A stretch of 64,000 bases of DNA from Aplysia californica (taxonomy: Eukaryota): contig NW_004797575.1 in assembly GCF_000002075.1 (NCBI RefSeq), forward strand, positions 680,525 to 744,524. Reading direction: 5' to 3'. The notes under the pieces are model-generated. The model saw only the letters and a list, made by a program, of their open reading frames with translations, made no database searches and had not been told where the DNA came from. Both the position numbers and the translations under genes were made by a program. This document shows, piece after piece, positions 1 to 64,000 of the stretch (position 1 is its first letter; the number at the start of each line of letters is the position of its first letter).

Positions 1-282
1 CCCACACACACACACTTACGTGTGTGTATACATACTTGGTGGCATCATAATAATTATGACAATTTAAAAAAAGTCGTAACAAGAAATTGTTGCGATGATT
101 AGGAATATTCGTCTGTCCTGGTTATATCGGGGCAAATGTTCTTTTTCTTTTTACTTCTTGGTTAAATTGCCCTTTGTTGTGGTGCTTGGTGTTGGGTTTC
201 CCGCCTATTTAATGTTTTGTCGGATTCCGTTTCGTTGTCGTCAAATTGTTCTACTCACGGGCTGAATGCCATGTCTCACCAG

Positions 283-374
283 ATCGCCAAAGTGCCTTTG
301 TACAAACATGAGAAGAAAGTATTGGCCGACTTGGTGGAGGCACAGGACGAGGAGAGTGACATGATCACGTACAG
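283..374 (+). CDS. Penultimate exon of convergent gene; degenerate EF-hand-like segment
   Basis: caccag|ATC...ACAG|gtaaga; IAKVPLYKHEKKVLADLVEAQDEESDMITY(R); phase 2 matches the next exon. Confidence 0.7.
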
Positions 375-603
375 GTAAGATTTTTTAAAAATTAGTTGGT
401 GATGATATGACAATTTTGAGGGGGGTGGGGGGTGTCAAAGATAAACGCATTGCATGATAAATAACATAGGCCTAATATTGAAAAGTCAACGTGATTTTTT
501 GGAGGGGAGGGGGGGGGGGGGTGTTTGTTTTTTGTTTTGTTTTATAAGCTTATTTATGTATTTTTTCCGAGTTCAATTTATTGCAAACTTTTGTCTCCGA
601 CAG

Positions 604-805
604 GAAACTGATAAGCGCGGTGAACAACGAAGTGACGACACAGAGAGAGGTGAAAAAGGAGAAAACCGCTCAACAGCGCAGATGGCGGGAACACAAGGCA
701 CAGGTCACGGACAAGGCAGAGAGGAACGCCAGGAACGCCGGGGTCCATCTAGAGAACCTCGTGGAGAGAGTCACGGCAGCAGCTAAACGACAGTCCCAGC
801 TGTGA
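604..805 (+). CDS. Terminal coding exon of convergent gene (helical/coiled-coil tail)
   Basis: tctccgacag|G AAA CTG; KLISAVNNEVTTQREVKKEK...KRQSQL then TGA at 803-805. Confidence 0.7.
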
Positions 806-849
806 GGAAAACTGACAAAGTGAAGCTTGTTATACACACATTGTCATTT

Positions 850-1122
850 CGCTAACTCAGAATTGAAAAGTTTTATCCGACATTTTAAAATTTGGCCGTT
901 TTGAGTTAATAAGACCATGAGGTCAGAAACTAAAATTTCATGTTCTATCTCTGCTTTATCAAAATCGTTAAAATACCTGGAGTCATTATGAAGTTACTCA
1001 AAGAATTGCATTTGAAAAAGCTTGATATGTTGTGAAACTCAAAAAAAAAATGTGATCTCAAGTTTCTCAAAACTGAGTACATGTACTGAGCAGATAGAAC
1101 TTTGTAATTCTGAGGTAGCCAT
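850..1122. mobile_element. MITE with GCTACCTCAGAATTACAAAGTT-type inverted ends
   Basis: Similar copy at 24019-24272; terminal inverted repeats. Confidence 0.6.
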
Positions 1123-1280
1123 TTATTGAAGCTATGATTAAAGGAGGCAGGTCCTCTGAGTCAAAGAACAACGTAAACAAGTTAGAGTATTTTTGTGTAG
1201 GTATTTTTGGTCAGGGCAGTGAATCACCCGAGGATACACCTTGAGCCCAAAATAATGACACTGTGATGGCTGCACATAGT

Positions 1281-1630
1281 TTTATTTTTAGTAACGTTTT
1301 TACGGCGCTCGCAACTGCATAAGGTCATATGAGCGCCAAGGGGTGGATGTCAACAGAGAAGTTCAAACTAGGAATCAGGCTTTCTCTGCTTACCTCTCTA
1401 GCCCCAACAGCAAAAAGTCTGCTTCGACTATCAAGGCACCCCGGAAATAGCAGTTCACAAGAGAGTGGCAAACATACAAAATAAGTAGAGGAAAAATTAC
1501 GATAGTAAGGATGAGGAAAGAAAAAGCAGCAGTTCCCCCAATGTTGTTCCGGCACAGTAGGAGCATGACATTGATAAATCAGCCCATGTACAATTTTACT
1601 AGACTGTGAATAAGAACCTGGTTAATGTCC
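1281..1630 (-). mobile_element. SINE/LINE-derived repeat with (CTAAA)n LINE-type tail
   Basis: Inverted copy at 51525-51830; tail gcgctcatatgaccttatgcagttgcgagcgccgtaaaa. Confidence 0.65.
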
Positions 1631-1969
1631 CTCCCACCCCCTCCCTTTGGGGATGGTCTAGAAACAACTTCAGTCAGTAGCACTGCCCTGGGGGAGAGAG
1701 GACACGATGACAGCCACATTTCTCCAGGCACCGACTAAATCTTTAAACAAGCTGGAAAGAAGTAGAAGGAGACACCACAGCAGAGCGACAACCAATCACT
1801 CCCAAAGACAGAAAAGAAAGAAGTCAACAGGACAACATGTCAGAAGATGGCTTGGAACAAAACAGAAAACCCAAAGATTCGACTATGTGTATAAATAATA
1901 TATTGATACAAAACATGAAGTATACACAATCCACTGGGAAGAGTAAGGCGGCAAAGACACAACTTATAA

Positions 1970-1971
<2 letters not shown>

Positions 1972-2026
<55 letters not shown>
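1972..2026. repeat. (AT)n microsatellite
   Basis: Direct reading. Confidence 0.95.
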
Positions 2027-2027
<1 letters not shown>

Positions 2028-2938
2028 TAATGCATAGACTTTTAAACAGTATGTGTGTAACATACGTAAACACTTGTCAAAAATCTACCAACAGATTCAC
2101 ATTGTATAAATACATAGGTACATCGAAGACTAGAACTTAATACTGGATACACTACGGGCTTGCATTAATAATTCTTTAAATGGGATCTGAATGGAGAAAA
2201 CCTTTTCGCTAAAGGTCTAAGGTTAAAGTTTAAAAAAATAATTGATCCCATTAAGGCACATTGACGCTTCTGTACAGGATGATTCAGGAACACATCGGTA
2301 TACACAACAGCTCAGTTCTATAACAACACTATAAAATAAATCACTCACAGACTTGATCCAACATTCTCACAGAGGACATCAACAACATAATCAAATATCA
2401 TGAAAGAACACTGCGATATAAAACATTGACTCCTAAGTTTTTAGGTGAATTTAGGCTGAGCTTTCTCAAACGACATTAAAATTGATAAAAATTACCCTTT
2501 TTTAAAATATTGACCATTAAAGTACAATTGATAAACCCTCAAAAAACCGAAATTCTTTCGAAACTGCACGTTCCATCTTGAAACAGTGCTGGCCCCTTGC
2601 GAAGAAGCAAAATGTGGAGTCTAGTAAAAGGTGAGAAACTCATATAATTTATCTAAAAAGTTTTATCTTTGTTATCGTTACTCTGCTTCTCACATTCTCA
2701 CAGCTCAAAAATAAAATAAAAAATCAAACAAAAACATGCTCTCCAAAGCATTCTCTTTTATGAGAGCTTTTGTTCACTAAACAAACAAACCTCTGCATGA
2801 GTAGGTATGATTGTATGGTGGAGTTTGAGAACAAATTAGGATAGAATCCTTTGAAGAAGAAGTGAAGTATGCAGAAATGTTTCGTCAACAGTCATGTATT
2901 ATTCCGACATTAGGCTACTGGTATTGACATTAGGCAGG

Positions 2939-3142
2939 ATATGAGGGGTTGAGATGCAAAACCTGTTACTTCCATTTTAGCATCAACTTTTTAAAATACT
3001 GCTTTATGCATGAACATGCGTAAAATGAAGATTTTTCGGTTGCTTTTATGAAGCGTGTGTTGGGTTTTGGCCCAAAACTCTTTGTGCATCTGATATTTTC
3101 CAAAATGTCATTTAACGGGTTTTGCATCTCACCCCCTCATAT
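2939..3142. mobile_element. MITE with ATATGAGGGGTTGAGATGCAAAAC inverted ends
   Basis: TIR at both ends; related copy at 61257-61520. Confidence 0.7.
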
Positions 3143-4149
3143 TTTCTACCAATATTTGAAAATTTTAACAAAATCCTTCTACTGTATATTTGCCTCAATA
3201 TTGTGTCATCATGTCACTGAACCAATTCTAATACAGTAAATATGGTATGGATAATGAATTAGTAAATAATTTAGTAAAAGCGAATGATCAATTTGTCAGT
3301 AAATACCTCCCACTACAAAATGCTTGAGGCTTTTTTCCTTGTCAGATACAATATCAAAACAAACATTTCAATTCCGCATTTACACATCAAGGTCAAAATA
3401 CATGACATAAGATCTTTCATGCTTCAAAGTTCTTCTCAGTTTCAGCTCCTTCTGTAGTTAGAAATTTACATAAAAAATAAGTCACAAATTGCACACATAT
3501 AAAGACAAAAAAAAAAAGAACTTTCTCATACACAAATTAAAATAAAGTTTTAAAGAATCTTATTAATATTATTATTATGAGGGATATCCCATAATTCTTG
3601 GCTCATGGGCAATACATGTAAATTGATTCACAGTAACGAAAGTAGAGTATGTTAGTTTTAGAACTTATTAATTTTTATTTCACAAAAGCAATGACTTAAA
3701 AAACAATCAGAAAATCCACAAAGAGTAATATTTTTCTTTTGAGTTTGAGTTCGTAGAGATCTGATGAAAGTAAAGTGACTTTTTCAATAATACACACAAT
3801 CATTTTAATTTTCTATGAAGTTAACACATGGTTTTTTTTACTTCATTATCCCACATCTGTTACAAAAAAGAACAGTAACCCAATTATTCTCAAAAGTCGA
3901 AGGAAATCTTTTCCCAAAAGAAGTACACCTAAAATCATGATAGATCATCAGCTATGAGGAGGGAACAATTCCAATGTATGTGCTATTTATTTACTTCATT
4001 GTTCCACATCTGTCATGAAAAGGAACATTCACCTAATATCCTATAAAGTGAAATGGAAATTATCTATTCCAAAAAAGATTTAAAAAACAATACATAAAGA
4101 ACCATGACAGCAACAATACACATGTTAAAAAATCCTGACAGATCAGAGA

Positions 4150-63645
<59,496 letters not shown>

Positions 63646-63726
63646 CTGATCATTAAGTAACAAACAAAGTACATAATGTAGAAATCTGAGTAGATGGGAT
63701 GTGAAAGTGAAATAAAAGAGAGAATA

Positions 63727-64000
63727 GAGAGATTAGGAAAGTGAGAATGAATGAAACTGAAGTGAAGTCCCATTCATAGAATTAAGAAATTGACTCATCT
63801 TACAATTGTTGAAAAAATATTGAATTCAGAGAGAGAAAACATTTTAACACTTCATCTTTTAAATCTCGACTGAGAGATTAGGAAAGTGAGAATTAAAGAA
63901 ACATAAGTGAAGTCCCATTCATAAAATTAAGATATTCATTAATGTTTCAAATTCAATCAAATATTCAATTCAGTGAGAGAACACATTTTAACACTTCATC
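63727..64000. repeat. ~146-bp tandem duplication
   Basis: gagagattaggaaagtgagaat...cattttaacacttcatc occurs twice. Confidence 0.8.

Overview
AT-rich, transposon-dense genomic DNA from an invertebrate animal; the N runs mostly abut simple repeats and look like masking. Nearly the whole window is one minus-strand gene. I traced 52 GT-AG exons by hand (63645 down to the stop at 4150) with compatible phases at every junction. They give about 3,210 aa, and the 5' end lies beyond the window. The C-terminal two-thirds is a kielin/chordin-like (KCP/Kielin/Crossveinless-2 family) protein: 31 VWC repeats, a VWD domain with the GDPH site, C8 and TIL. Fused in frame in front is an unusual region: G-[YF]-[DN]-x-x pentapeptide repeats, a duplicated module I cannot name, EGF, Kunitz, and a tyrosinase-fold domain lacking all six copper-binding histidines. 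Other features are minisatellites built from exon-intron junctions (decoy splice sites), a 1.18-kb tandem duplication of two VWC exons, and a CpG-rich possible internal promoter near the tyrosinase/VWC boundary. Many MITE, SINE and LINE fragments sit right against exon edges. The last two exons of a convergent plus-strand gene occupy 283-805. All calls come from reading the sequence; no database search was possible.
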